From Asterias rubens (Eukaryota), in contig NC_047074.1 in assembly GCF_902459465.1 (NCBI RefSeq), positions 6,820,001 through 6,884,000 on the forward strand: a stretch of 64,000 nt of DNA, given 5' to 3'. The notes under the pieces were generated by a model that was not told where the DNA came from, did not search any database, and saw nothing but the letters and a program-made list of their open reading frames with translations. How positions within the stretch are numbered: position 1 is the first letter of the stretch; every line of letters starts with the position of its first letter. The position numbers and the translations under genes were made by a program. Shown here in pieces: positions 37,401 to 48,249 of this stretch.

Positions 37401-40400
37401 TTCAAACGTACCGCGGCAGACCGGGGTCAACCCAGGAAAGCTAATCGAACGCACCCATGAGATCTGACTGCTGATTAGGATTCGAACTGCCGCTAGATAG
37501 CCACCATGCAATATCGGTGTTCTAGTTGGTAAGACACTGCTTTAAAATTGCAAAACTCCACCCGAGTAATATGCATGTGATTTTGTTCACAGAACTCGGC
37601 GGGAAAAGTACTGAGTAGCTTGTGTGTTTCTTCGTTTGTTTGTTTGTTTGTCTTATTTTCATTCATACATGAACATCCATTGTACATAAATAACAGTTTG
37701 TTGAACTCCAAACAATGGTTAATAAATGCAGTTGAACAAACACATAGTAAATGAATGGGGGTACCATCCAAAGGACTATGACCTTCTGTTATCGGAGCAT
37801 CCCAAAAACTGCTGTCAACAAAAGTCATATTGTCACATAGCATTTCAATATACTAAAATAAATTTTAGTTAAGGAAAGGTATAACAATTGCAGGGTGGGG
37901 GCCAACATCATAAAGTAAAATTTATTTAATTTTTGTTTTGTTTTTTTGTGGAACATATCGTTTCGTTTTTTAGTTGAAAAAGTTCATACACTGTATGTAA
38001 TGATTAAGGACGTAAACCAATTTATCATTCGGCTTTGAGATTAACTGAATCACCCTACACCATTACTCTGTGCTCGAGGCAAATCTGCTAGCTCTTTTTA
38101 GAGGCCAAGATAATCTAGCCTGAACACCTGATGCCACATTTCGAGGCTTGTGAAAAACGCCAGAGATCTGCTTTGAACCTACGCCAACCCCCGTACATAA
38201 TCATCTTTGACACTACACTCACATATATTTTACATGGAAATTCGCAGTAAAATCCTACGTACATTGCACGACCGTAAGTGGTAGTTGCTAAACATCACCT
38301 GGGACTAGTCAAAACACAGATATAGAAAGTACGTCATTGCACAGCAATCTAATGCAATCTTCGTATTCAATGAAATCATTGCATGGTTCTGTAAGAACAA
38401 TTCCTGTCTTTATCATTGCGGACGACAAAGACAAGTGACCAGTCTTGGTAGCTTTTGTATTAAATAACGCTAGAGGGCGCAACATCGACATGCTCGAAGG
38501 CTGGTTTGGAGGGACTGGGCAAGTCAATGAATCTTGATCGAAACCCAACCGTTAGTTTCGAGCAGAAGTTAGTGTGTTACAATCTCCAGTAATCCACCCT
38601 TTCATACTAAACTTCCTTTGTACTCCTATCGGTTCACAGCAACCAATTGTTTCTGAAATAGAAACTTGATTGACTATATTTTCCCCACTTTTTTTCTGGA
38701 TCTTCCCATAATCCCTTTCCCCTCTTTTTTTTCTATAAATGGATAATGTATTTGTTTGTACTTGTTTATGCCTCTGCAGAAGGTCCAAGTTGGATCAAAA
38801 GCTAAGGCCATCTACCCTATTTATTATTATATTTTTCAATATAATATATATTTTTGAGGGGGTTTGCGTCAACAGTATGTGTAAAGTTGACAGGTATAGA
38901 GTTTGTTCTTAACTGTCTTGCTATATAATATTCTACTACCGCGTAGTCTCCTGCTGGCGATGACTAGAGAAAGCTATAGTCGGAACGTTGAGAGACCAAT
39001 GCTTACTCCGCGATAGTGCAGTTGATACGCCTCTCTCAATACTTATGCATGACGTCATAATTCTTACCCAAAATGAGGCTATGGGCGCACGTCCCCTATC
39101 ACTTGCAGTGGCCGCGCCCCATCGCCTCGTTTTGAGTTAGCATTGTGACGTACCTCATGCTTAATATTAAAAGAGGCGTATTGCGATCACAAAGCTAAAG
39201 TAGTAGTCCTAGCCAACTTGCGACCTTCCGCCTAGTAATTAAAACAAAAAACAGTTCTTTTCAGAACTGAGAAGTCTCCCGAGAAAAAGAAAAAACTACT
39301 CCGTGGTAGTAGAATACAGGTATGGTAGAATAAAGGAAGACAGTTCTCTAACCATGCTCTAACTAAGAACAAACTCTACCTGGCAAGTACATATTACCGC
39401 AAACCTCACCATGCAATGCATCAAATCCCATCGTGTACAAATTTCCTCTGAAAGCGCCCTCTTTTGAATCCTATTACTCGATCAAGCCCACGTTATAAAC
39501 TAATATTATGGTGCAGCCATCTTAAATTTACCTCATTGATATAAATGTTACCAAAACCGAGGCTGGAAGAGCAAACTAGTCTGGTTCCTAACTGAAAGGT
39601 GATTATTAGTATGCATTGTTGTTATTCGATACGAGGGACATGACCATATGGAGGCAGCATACTCATAGGGAGCTTTCGAGTCAGTACAGGATGAGCAAGG
39701 GGACGGTAATAAACTCGAAGCCTTAAACACACAACAGGGTGGATACGTGCACTTTACAAGTCCTAATATTTTTTTTTATATGTTTTTATATTATTATTAA
39801 GCGGGGGAGATGAGGCCACTTAGCATCAAGTTGCGTGTTTTACCTACTATCTCACGCGGTGCAATTCCAACCAAGCATGTACCCAGTCACCTGAACAAAG
39901 ACGGAAGACGGTTGCAATCATTTTGACCAAATAGTTTACGTGTCTGTGTATGCTCGGTAAAAAAATGCTCCTCGAAATGACAATAATCTTCAACGCGGTT
40001 GTGCTCCCTACAACCGCTTAAGCACTGTGCTGTCAACAAAACTTATATGGCCACACAGCATTTCGTAGTATTTTCAATATACAAAAATATACAAAAATAA
40101 ATTAAAGGTACATCAATAGCACATTCTAAATGATTATAACTCTAAACCATAAGTGTGACTAATTACTGCCTCGCTGATTGAAGAAATGAATAGCAATTGA
40201 ATTGTTTTACTTATAAATTTTTCTCATTTCAACAGTTTTTACACACATCGGTGTAAGGGAAAAACCAGATAATGAGTTTTTCTTCCGGGTCCATTGGCAT
40301 CCTATGGTGTGTACCGTATCAATCTACGGTTCCTGGCACTGTCACCGCTGCTGCCTCCAACCCAAATTAAAAAAGAGTGTATAGTTTGCTTACGAAAATC

Positions 40401-43400
40401 TACCCATTGTGTAGGCTCATTTTACAAAAATGTCACAATTTAGGATACCCCGGATGGACAGAAAGATTATTTTACGGTAGCGTGTATATATGATTCGTTT
40501 CTTTCTGTTTTTGTTTTGTTTCCAAGCAAAGAGATGTTCACCAGCTGCACACACCACCGCTGGTTTAGTTTGTATGGACATTTTTCAATAGGGACAATAG
40601 GCCCTCACTAGTCGGTACTTTGTTTTCATGGGTCCTCACTAGTCTTTTGTGTTTAAAACTAATCGGGATTGCTTCAATACAGGAACACCAGAAAGTACAA
40701 CAGGTGTTCTCTAACGTAATGGGCAAACACGACTGCGCGTGTGTGGTGTTTCTTACCATCAACGACGTCACGGGGTCATTATACATCAATGTCATAGATT
40801 AAGCAGTTTTTGACTTCCGACTGATAAGCCGCGCAAAGAGGTGCATTTTTGCTTTCAATTCTGTATTACTAAAAATTAATACAAAAATGTTAAATTAAAA
40901 ATAGTTAACCGGTATCTACGATGCCTACTCAACCATGCCAAGGTTATAATAAATAAATTATTAAGAGCATTTTAAACGAATTACACCCGGCTTTTTAAAA
41001 GCCGGGTGAAATTAATAGGTTTGTTCTGAGGATTAAAGGTTTGTTATAAGAAATGCTGTTTATAAACTATAAAAATGGGGAATTTTTCGTAACATTGCAC
41101 ACATTAAAAGCATGTCCACTTTGCAGCCTTAATAGAAGTTGCAAAAACTGTGGGTGTACAGCAGACTAGAAACGCTCGCGTGTGACGCAATGACTGACCT
41201 TGTTTAGCGTCACACGTGTGCGTGTCTGTTGCACTCCGAGATTTCGCTACTTCCGGCTCCGAAGTTTACTTCGTTCTTCGGATGGGACGTAAAGCCGTTG
41301 GTCCCATGTGGTGTGTAACGCATGTAAAAGAACCCAGCATTTATCGAAAAGAGAAGGGGGTTCGCCCCGGTGTTCCTGGCTGTGGCTGCTAAATGCGCCG
41401 TAGCACCTTGTAAACCCTTATTAATATAAGGTGCCAAACAATTGGGTCTCGGAATTCATCACTGCAATAACCTATCTTTCTGGAAGTGTGTATATACTCA
41501 GCGCCTTGAGTACCTTGTTTGGTAGACGGTGCGCTATATAAGACTTTGATATTATGAATAAGATGTGTTTGAATTACCTGTGTGCCCTGACGAGGAGTAG
41601 TTGAGTCAGTCGTGGTAGAGTGTTCACATTCCCCTGGAGGGCCTGCAAAGGCAATACGAAACCTCTCAAAATGAGCTTGTCACTATGACCAGCAATATAC
41701 CTTTATCGCGGTGTGGTCATCTTGATTTTACTCCATTCCAGTTCATTGTAACCAAACCGAGGCTGGACGAAATAATAGTCTGGTTCCATGCGCTATGTTA
41801 GCATTTATTACTGTTATTGGAAACAGGGAACATGACCAAGATGGTGACAGCGTGGTAAATGTCTATTATATTGGAAGTTTTAATAGCGGTGCATCTTAGA
41901 CCTATAGACCTTTATCACGGTGCCTCCATCGTGGTCATGTTCCTCGTATCGATAATGAATAACAATAATGAACGCTATTTTTCATTTTGAAAATAGGAAC
42001 CAGACTCTTTTTCTTCCAGCGTCGGTTTGGTAACATTGACTTCAATGGTAGAAATTCAAGATGGCTGCACCGTGATAAAGGTCTACATGTATATGCTCAT
42101 ATCACAACAATTGATTATGAGTACGAGAAATTAGGATTTGAAAACAGTGGACACTATTGGTAATTTTCAAAGACTAGTCTTCACAGTTGGTGTATCTCAA
42201 CATTTGCATATTAAAAATAACCAACCTGTGAAAATTTGAGCTCAATCGGTCAACGAAGTTGCGAGAAACAATAATGAAAGAAATAAAAACACCCTTGTCA
42301 CACGAAGTTGTGTGCTTTCTGATGCTTGATTTCGAGACCTCAAATTCTAAACTTGAGGTCTCGAAATCAAATTCGTGGAAAATTACTTCTTTCTCGAAAA
42401 CTATGTCACTTCAGAGGGAGCTGTTTCTCAACCTCTCCCCATTACACGTAATCAAGAAAGGTTTTATGATGATAATAATTTTGAGTAACTACCAATAGTA
42501 TCCACTGCCTTTAAGTCCTCGACATTATTCCGAGCTTTCCCGACTTTTCATGACGAAGGTTTACTCGTAACACAAACATTGCCATTTTGGAGAAGTGAAA
42601 GGTGTATAATAACCAGTCACCAGTGTTACATTAGGATGATGTCAACATTTAACTTAATATAGTATGTTTTGTTTGTTTGAATGATCTTCCCATTCAGGGA
42701 ACTCGGCAAACTCCCACAAAGGGATATAAACACCAAGCTGGCAACAGCCAATCTCTCTCATACAAACTTGATTATGAATTACACAAATCCAGAAATTGTG
42801 ATTCAGTATCTAGACGACAATATTTATTCTAGTCATTGTGAAATCAGCGGTTAGCTTGGGGGATTCGAACCCACAACCTTGTGATTGCAAGTTCTGCAGT
42901 CTAACCACTTGATCACGGTGACTGTAGTATAAGATAAATGTAGTCGCAATAGGACCCGGCATTACGGTGTGTACGTTGTAGACCTATACCACGTACCTTG
43001 CTCTCCAACGCGACCTAAAGAAAAAAACACAATGATCAAATAACAGCTTCATAATAATATAAAGTATTCTATTCAGAAATTAAATCAGAAAGAATAACTT
43101 TATATCCCAGAATAGTGGCATAAACGCACTCCAGTGGCAAAATGCCCCTGGTTCTACTTTCTATTTATATCCTCAGCTATAATTAAAGGCAGTGGACACT
43201 TTTGGTAATAGTAATTACTAAAAATAATTATTAGCATAAAACCTTACTTGGTAACGAGCAATGGAGAGCAGCTGTTGATGGTATAAAATATTGTGACAAA
43301 CGACTCCCTCTGAAGTAACGACGGTAGTTTTCGAGAAAGAAGTCATTTTTCACGAAATTGATTTCGAGACATCACAATTAGATTTTGAGGTCCCGCAAGC

Positions 43401-45042
43401 AAACATCTAAAAAGCACACAACTGCATGTGACAAGGGTGTTTTTTCTCCCATTATTATCTCTCAATTTCGACGACCAATTAAGCTCAAATTTCCACAGGT
43501 TTGTTTTTTTATGCATATGTTGAGATGTCCGGAGTGAGAAGAATGGTCTTTGACAATTACCAATAGTGTCCAGTCTTTAAAACCCATCTTGTCTATGATG
43601 ACCCCCCCCCCCTATGATTGTATGTACTTTAGGCTTCTCACCCCTGTGACCTCGTTCTCCTTTTGCTCCCTTTTCCCCTCCAAAAGACGTACGTCCAGGC
43701 TCACCTTTTTTACCTTTCACAAATGAAACGAAACTACAATTAACACATTAAAGCACAATATTAAGAAATTTCTCATTAATATTGGAAAAACATTATATAT
43801 TTGGTTTGCGGTAACACCATTGTCTGTATCTACTTGCCAGGTAGAGTTTGTTCTTAGAGAACTGTCTTTCTTTATTCTACTACCGCTGAGTAGATTAATC
43901 GGATGTTCGGGAGACTTCTCAGTTCTGAAAAGAACTGTCCTGCTTTTTAACTACTACCCTGGTGGAAGGTATAGAAAACTCGCTTGGGCTGAAAGATACA
44001 CAAAAACTCGTGCATACCTTTGCATCTTTTGCATGCTTTTCGTCCTTCTGTAATACAAAGGAAATATCAGACAATAAAGGTACGTTTAATGTGTGATTAC
44101 ATAATGACAGAATACAAGAGAGTACGTTGAACAAAATGAGCAATTAAGCAAGCTAGACAACATACCTTTATCGCGTTGGTTACGGGTTGATCGGAAGGTC
44201 CGAAGATGAAAATCATCCTTTTCTTCTGATCTTGCTTTTTCCTGACAACATACAAGAACGATTATCAACACAACGAGGGTTTAAAGGCAGTGGACACTAA
44301 TGGTAATTAGGGAGCTGTTGATAGTATAAAACTATGTGAGAAACGGCTCCCTCTGAAGTAATGCAGTTTTCGAGAAAGCAGTATTTTTCCACGAATTTGA
44401 TTTCGAGACTTCTGACTTGATTTTGAGGTCTCGAAATCAAGCATCTGAAAGCACACAACTTGTGTGACAAGGGTGTTTTTTGTTCATTGTTATCTCGCAA
44501 CTTCGACGACCAAATTGAGCTCAAATTTTCACAGGTTTGTTATTTTATGCATATGTTGAGATACACCAAGTGAAAAGAATGGTCGTTGACAATTACCAAC
44601 AGTAATGCGCTATGGTACTAATTCTACCTCCATCATACTACCGTGCGCAACTTACCTCCGTGACTCTGTCGCCTTCTATGAAGGCACCATCATCACCCTT
44701 AGCCTTTCTGTCTCCAAAGACCTCTGCATCAAGTGCTCCTTGATTTACGGAGTTTGGAGGCAAATCACTGGTAGATAGCCTTCTGGCAACATGATCACCG
44801 TCAGTCTTCATTGGATTGTGTTCCTTTTTATTCAACTTCCATTGTATATTCTCCAGCACCAGATGCAGGTTTCTGTTCTGTATTTCAAGAATGCTAATTC
44901 TTGATTCCTGAGCTCTCAGGACTGAATGTAAACTACTGATTTCGCTTGATGACTGGTTTACAATTACGATCATGCCGACTAGTCCACAGCTCACCAAGCA
45001 GGCGACGACTAAGCCTAATTGCCAACTTCGTTGCTCCTGCAT
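28222..45042 (-). CDS. EDA: Ectodysplasin/Eiger-like TNF ligand A (EF-disulfide class), type II membrane with collagen segment, 343 aa. Exons 45042-44656, 44241-44166, 43713-43642, 41642-41578, 35196-35127, 30193-30069, 28458-28222
   Basis: Seven GT-AG exons total 1032 nt in frame. TM, coiled coil, furin motif RTFRSTR, Gly-X-Y run GKKGEPGRTSFGGEKGAKGERGHRGPPG, TNF motifs SAHFEG, GGIYYVYSQ, FSCTEC...NTCYIGG, HFGLIKL. The symbol means EDA-like; orthology is not tested. Confidence 0.85.
28605..28946 (-). mobile_element. MITE family A copy
   Basis: Family sequence. Confidence 0.8.
29235..29742. mobile_element. Two adjacent copies of a MITE (TIR ctgggtccaatttcatagcgctgct); fragments also at 54620-54885
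   Basis: Repeated TIR motifs in both orientations. Confidence 0.65.
30069..30193 (-). CDS. EDA: TNF ligand A exon 6
   Basis: ttgtttaag|GT...CAG|gtagga; GWVPYWKYADWMDSDVRSRFILGQTGNVTVTEGGIYYVYSQ. Confidence 0.92.
31409..31786 (-). mobile_element. MITE family A variant subfamily
   Basis: ttaaaggga...ccctttaa, variant core. Confidence 0.8.
31897..31936 (+). repeat. Short degenerate telomere-like (TTAGGG) tract
   Basis: ggggttaggggttgggtttgggttagggttaggttagg. Confidence 0.7.
32530..32655 (+). repeat. Tandem approximately 31-bp repeat, 4 copies
   Basis: gctctattgtgactcaattgcagaaa... Confidence 0.8.
32783..32975 (+). repeat. Tandem approximately 40-bp minisatellite, about 5 copies
   Basis: gttggaaccaacattgaaagggggcaggagggccacacga; no variable spacers. 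Confidence 0.85.
33790..34075 (+). mobile_element. MITE family A variant, degenerate
   Basis: Recognisable internal motifs (gagaaacggctccctctgaag). Confidence 0.6.
35127..35196 (-). CDS. EDA: TNF ligand A exon 5 (strand A)
   Basis: acccttag|CCC...GAAA|gtaagt; PHQYSVILSAHFEGDVESPAIVE. An alternative acceptor at 35180 would not fit the upstream phase. Confidence 0.75.
35455..35806 (+). mobile_element. MITE family C copy
   Basis: ttaaaggaacac...gtgttccctttaa. Confidence 0.8.
36147..36529 (+). mobile_element. MITE family A copy
   Basis: Full length, TTAA flanks. Confidence 0.85.
37212..37456. mobile_element. MITE family E copy
   Basis: TIRs intact. Confidence 0.8.
38560..38820 (-). repeat. 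Dispersed repeat; inverted copy at 63850-64000 (possible LINE 3' end)
   Basis: ggcataaacaagtacaaacaaatacattatccattt matches 63878 onward. Confidence 0.6.
41255..41555 (+). mobile_element. DeuSINE-like (Deu/Nin domain) SINE, 5'-truncated
   Basis: ttcggatgggacgtaaagccg...gtaaaagaaccc...agggggttcgccccggtgttcctgg plus gcgctatataa tail resemble the Deu-domain consensus from memory. Confidence 0.6.
41578..41642 (-). CDS. EDA: TNF ligand A exon 4
   Basis: cctttgcag|GC...CAG|gtaatt; GPPGECEHSTTTDSTTPRQGTQ. Confidence 0.75.
41904..42087. mobile_element. MITE with TIR tagacctttatcacggtgc; related fragments at about 39545-39660 and 41700-41830
   Basis: tagacctttatcacggtgc ... gcaccgtgataaaggtcta. Confidence 0.65.
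42139..42514 (-). mobile_element. MITE family A copy
   Basis: Family sequence. Confidence 0.85.
42630..42925 (-). mobile_element. tRNA-derived SINE; body fragment also at about 46790-46905
   Basis: Minus strand: A box (caagtggttaga), B box (ggttcgaatccc), then body ttggctgttgccagcttggtgtttatatccc shared with 46800. Confidence 0.65.
43183..43580 (+). mobile_element. MITE family A copy
   Basis: TTAA flanks. Confidence 0.85.
43642..43713 (-). CDS. EDA: TNF ligand A exon 3 (collagen, 72 nt, phase 1-1)
   Basis: tttgtgaaag|GT...AGGG|gtgaga; Gly-X-Y repeats. Confidence 0.8.
44166..44241 (-). CDS. EDA: TNF ligand A exon 2 (furin motif)
   Basis: tgttgtcag|GAA...AAAG|gtatg; EKARSEEKDDFHLRTFRSTRNQRDK. 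Confidence 0.8.
44281..44600 (+). mobile_element. MITE family A copy (intron 1 of TNF A)
   Basis: Family sequence with an internal deletion. Confidence 0.8.
44656..45042 (-). CDS. EDA: TNF ligand A exon 1 (signal anchor and coiled coil)
   Basis: caaccATG start with in-frame stop upstream; ends GAG|gtaagt. Confidence 0.85.
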
Positions 45043-45220
45043 GGTTGGCGGACTGCAACCTTTGTTTTACTTTTCCAGAGCAATATGATCTTTCATGACA
45101 TTTAGAAGATGGGTCCCTCAAGTGATTAGTCCTAAATATACTGCGCACATTTCAGTGAGAAATGAGCAACCGGTGCATGCAGATTTCTACCTCAGCCGTT
45201 GGCGGCAAACAAACCAGGTA

Positions 45221-45230
45221 GGGATTTCCC
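45221..45230. promoter_or_regulatory. Consensus NF-kB site upstream of TNF ligand A
   Basis: GGGATTTCCC, perfect GGGRNWYYCC match, about 180 bp upstream of the ATG. Confidence 0.45.
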
Positions 45231-45703
45231 GGTGCTGGATTCACCGAACAAACATATAGCCAGAACTTTGGATAGTTATTTTATTATTCCGATGCAGGGG
45301 CCATTGCTGCAAGTTACTTTAATAAACTGTATTGATATCAATAACAATACAACTGGGCGGAGTTTGAAATGTGTCCCCGTAAATGGCACCGCCAGTCCAC
45401 GAAGTTTTGGCCCCTCTATGCAAATTGACAAGTATTGCAGTCGCGACAGTAATATGATCTTGCATATGACTAGCGATAAGGTCCTTGCACACAGCAGCCG
45501 GGGTTCAGGGAAATTCAGGTTGACTTCGTTTGTATAATGGTACCAGGAAGCTACCTGTTATTGCAGACTATGGGACAATCAGACACCAATTGGACGTGCG
45601 TCCCTGGATGCGTATTCAACCTTAACCTTCCATTTCCAACTAAAGTTCCTTACCAATAATTTGGGCTGTGCTGGTTCACCACGGGCAGGAGACGCTGGAA
45701 TGC

Positions 45704-45919
45704 TTAAAGGAACACGTTGCCGTGTATCGGACGAGTTGGTCTATAAAAAGCTTTTGTAACCGTTTTTTATAAAATGCATATGGTTGGAACGAAGTTTTAA
45801 AAGTAGAATACAATGATCCACACAAAATATTTGCCTCGAAATTGCGTGGTTTTCCTTTTACTGTGCAAACTAACACGGTCGGCCATTTATGGGAGTCAAC
45901 AAATTTATGGGAGTCAACA
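45704..45919 (+). mobile_element. MITE family C, left half
   Basis: Ends at the first arm of the internal palindrome, with a short direct duplication. Confidence 0.75.
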
Positions 45920-46383
45920 TTGCATTAGAGGGTACACGCGAAGACTAGTCTATGGAAACCACGGCCCCTTGGTTTAACGTGTGATGTTCCCCCATGTAAA
46001 TGCGCACGCGAAGCCCCATTTTGTCACGCGACAATGTTTATAGGGTGCACAAATAAACTTCCATAGCATACAGTGAATGCTAAATATTTAAAAATACATG
46101 ACAAGTACTTCAAAGTCTCCCAGCGTTTTACAGTAAAGGGAAAATAAGTCATTGGCTCTTGAACTTTAGTCCTTGGCCCGTCGAGTTATTTCCCCTCCAA
46201 GCCAAAACAACCCTACACCAGAGTGTATTTTCCAATCGTCCGAGTAGGTTCAAGTGCAAGTTCACAGCTCGTGAGAGCAGTAGTCTCGCGGGGCCTGTAG
46301 TCTCGCGAGAATACCACGGGAATCGCGGGGAGATTCGGAACGCTATCACCGCCAGACTTGTAAGGTACCGACTTAGAATCCAT

Positions 46384-46608
46384 TAAACTTGTGGAAAAGT
46401 CGTTAAATGTCATAGCATTCCAACTCCCGCGGTATTCTCGCGAGACTACTGGCCCCGCGAGACTAGTGCGCTCACGACTACGGTCCCATTTAAGGGGGAG
46501 TAGAAGTCGGCAACCAGCAGTTCGCGCGAGAGCAGTGATCTCGCGAGAGCACCGCCACCCTTGACTATCTCACCGCGGCAGACCATTAACGACTTGTGCA
46601 CAAGTCTA
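46384..46608. mobile_element. Relative of the 9365-9511 element, overlapping an imperfect inverted repeat (about 46266-46475)
   Basis: Shares aagtcgttaaat, cagttcgcgcgagagcagtgatctcg and aacgacttgtgcacaagtcta. Confidence 0.65.
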
Positions 46609-47325
46609 GGCATCCCTGCATAGGTCTGGCATTGCATTATTAGCGAGAGAAAAGAGTGTTGATAGCTCTGAGCTCTATGGTGCTGACCCACCGGCCGATC
46701 TGGCAGGGTCTTCCATCGCATTGGAATGTACCATGTTGCTGGAATTCAAGCTACCTTCTTCGGAGCTTCATAGTTTGTTTGTTTGTTAGTTGATTTAGAT
46801 GTCCTCTCCGTCAATATTGAACTTGGCAAACTCCAACAAGGGGATATCGGATATAAACGCCAAGCTGTCAACACCAAATCTCTCTCATATAAACATTGGT
46901 TTCTAGTTTGTGCATAAAATGCTTCAAATAATAACGCGTCAAGAAAATGATTGTTCTACGACAATGACATGAACAATGTCGGTTTTTTTGTTTGAATGCT
47001 ACCGGACTGCAGGTTTTGTTGAAAACGTGTCAGTTGAAAGCTCACCCCTTCTAATCAAACCCAATTTAGAAACTGTATTTAACCACCACTGGTTGATTTT
47101 TGATGGCATGACATACCCTAGCTTCCCGTTGTGCCCCTTACCACAATACATACTTGTTGTCTTGACTCGGTATTTCGCGTTATTTATTATCAATGAAACA
47201 ATAACCGCAATGGCGCTGTCCAACATCAACTTTTAAAACCGAAAACCCCATTTCACATCTATAATTACTTAGTGCCTATCATATCGGGCACATAACATAT
47301 CCTCGTCCGTCTAATTCAGCGCAAA

Positions 47326-47535
47326 CCTACCTTGCTATCGATGTGCAACACCTCCCCTCCATGGTCCGCCTTCGTCAATGAATTAATGGACACTCCATGG
47401 AGCTACAGAAACTAAAGCACACTCGTCTACCTCATTCACCGCTTACCTACCTTGCTATCGTTGTGCAACCCCTCTCCTCCATGGTCCACCGTCGTCAATT
47501 ATAGACACACCATGGAGATACAAGTACTAAAACAT
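47326..47535 (+). repeat. Approximately 120-bp direct duplication
   Basis: cctaccttgctatcg...ccatggag occurs twice. Confidence 0.7.
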
Positions 47536-47831
47536 TCTTATGGTGTGCCGAGATTCTAGAACGTCCATCACTTGCAAAGAGAGGAAAGAAACGATCGCCG
47601 GCTATAGCTCTCTTCATATCATGGGTCTTAAAACATAACTAGATAGCGACTCGACTTGTCATAGAACCAACCATTGAACAAGTAGCAGCATTAGTAAAAT
47701 AATATGAAAGAACTGAGTACGTAAAGCGCAAAGAATCATTGCGAAATGATCAACCTTGCACATGGGGGACGCCCCGTGTGTTATTACCCAATACGTGATT
47801 GCGCAACCCCGCGCTTAAATACCCTTATTTT

Positions 47832-48068
47832 GGGTGCGTTCGATTACGATAGCTTCCCTGTATCGACCCCACGGTGCTCAATCCGGTGAGCCCCTGACAA
47901 GAGCTTATCGAACGATCACTCACCCTCTCGTGGTCATGCACCTAGGGCCAGCCCCAAGTGACCCACTACACTAGCAGAGCACTTGGGCTGACCCTGGTGA
48001 GCCCTTGGAACGACGTCAAAGCTATTCGAACGTACCGGGCAGACCGTGGTCGACCTAGGGAAGCTAAC
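47832..48068. mobile_element. MITE family E copy (right TIR truncated)
   Basis: Family sequence. Confidence 0.75.
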
Positions 48069-48249
48069 GCCTTTTGCCGCTTCCACAAAGAAAGTTGGTG
48101 TGGCCACAAAACGAAAAACTCATCATGTATTTATCTGGGCCTAACATGCGTCTAGCAGGCCTTCTTGAGCCTAGACTTGGTCCCTATCTTTCCCTGCAAG
48201 GATCCAGTGAATATCCATTGGATACAATGATATCAATGGATAAACGTAG

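Noticed and set aside
37755-37852. Candidate extra TNF A exon (…SFWDAPITEGHSPLD|G)
   Set aside because: Weak donor (gtaccc) and not needed, because the acceptor at 35196 gives a direct phase-0 join. Cannot be fully excluded without RNA data.
39844-39890. Candidate extra TNF A exon (ttgttcag|...|gtaaaa)
   Set aside because: Stops in all three frames to the main donor; the gene model closes in phase without it.
45060-45066. TCF/LEF-like CTTTGTT next to the TNF A start
   Set aside because: A 7-mer this AT-rich is expected by chance; a single site is not evidence.
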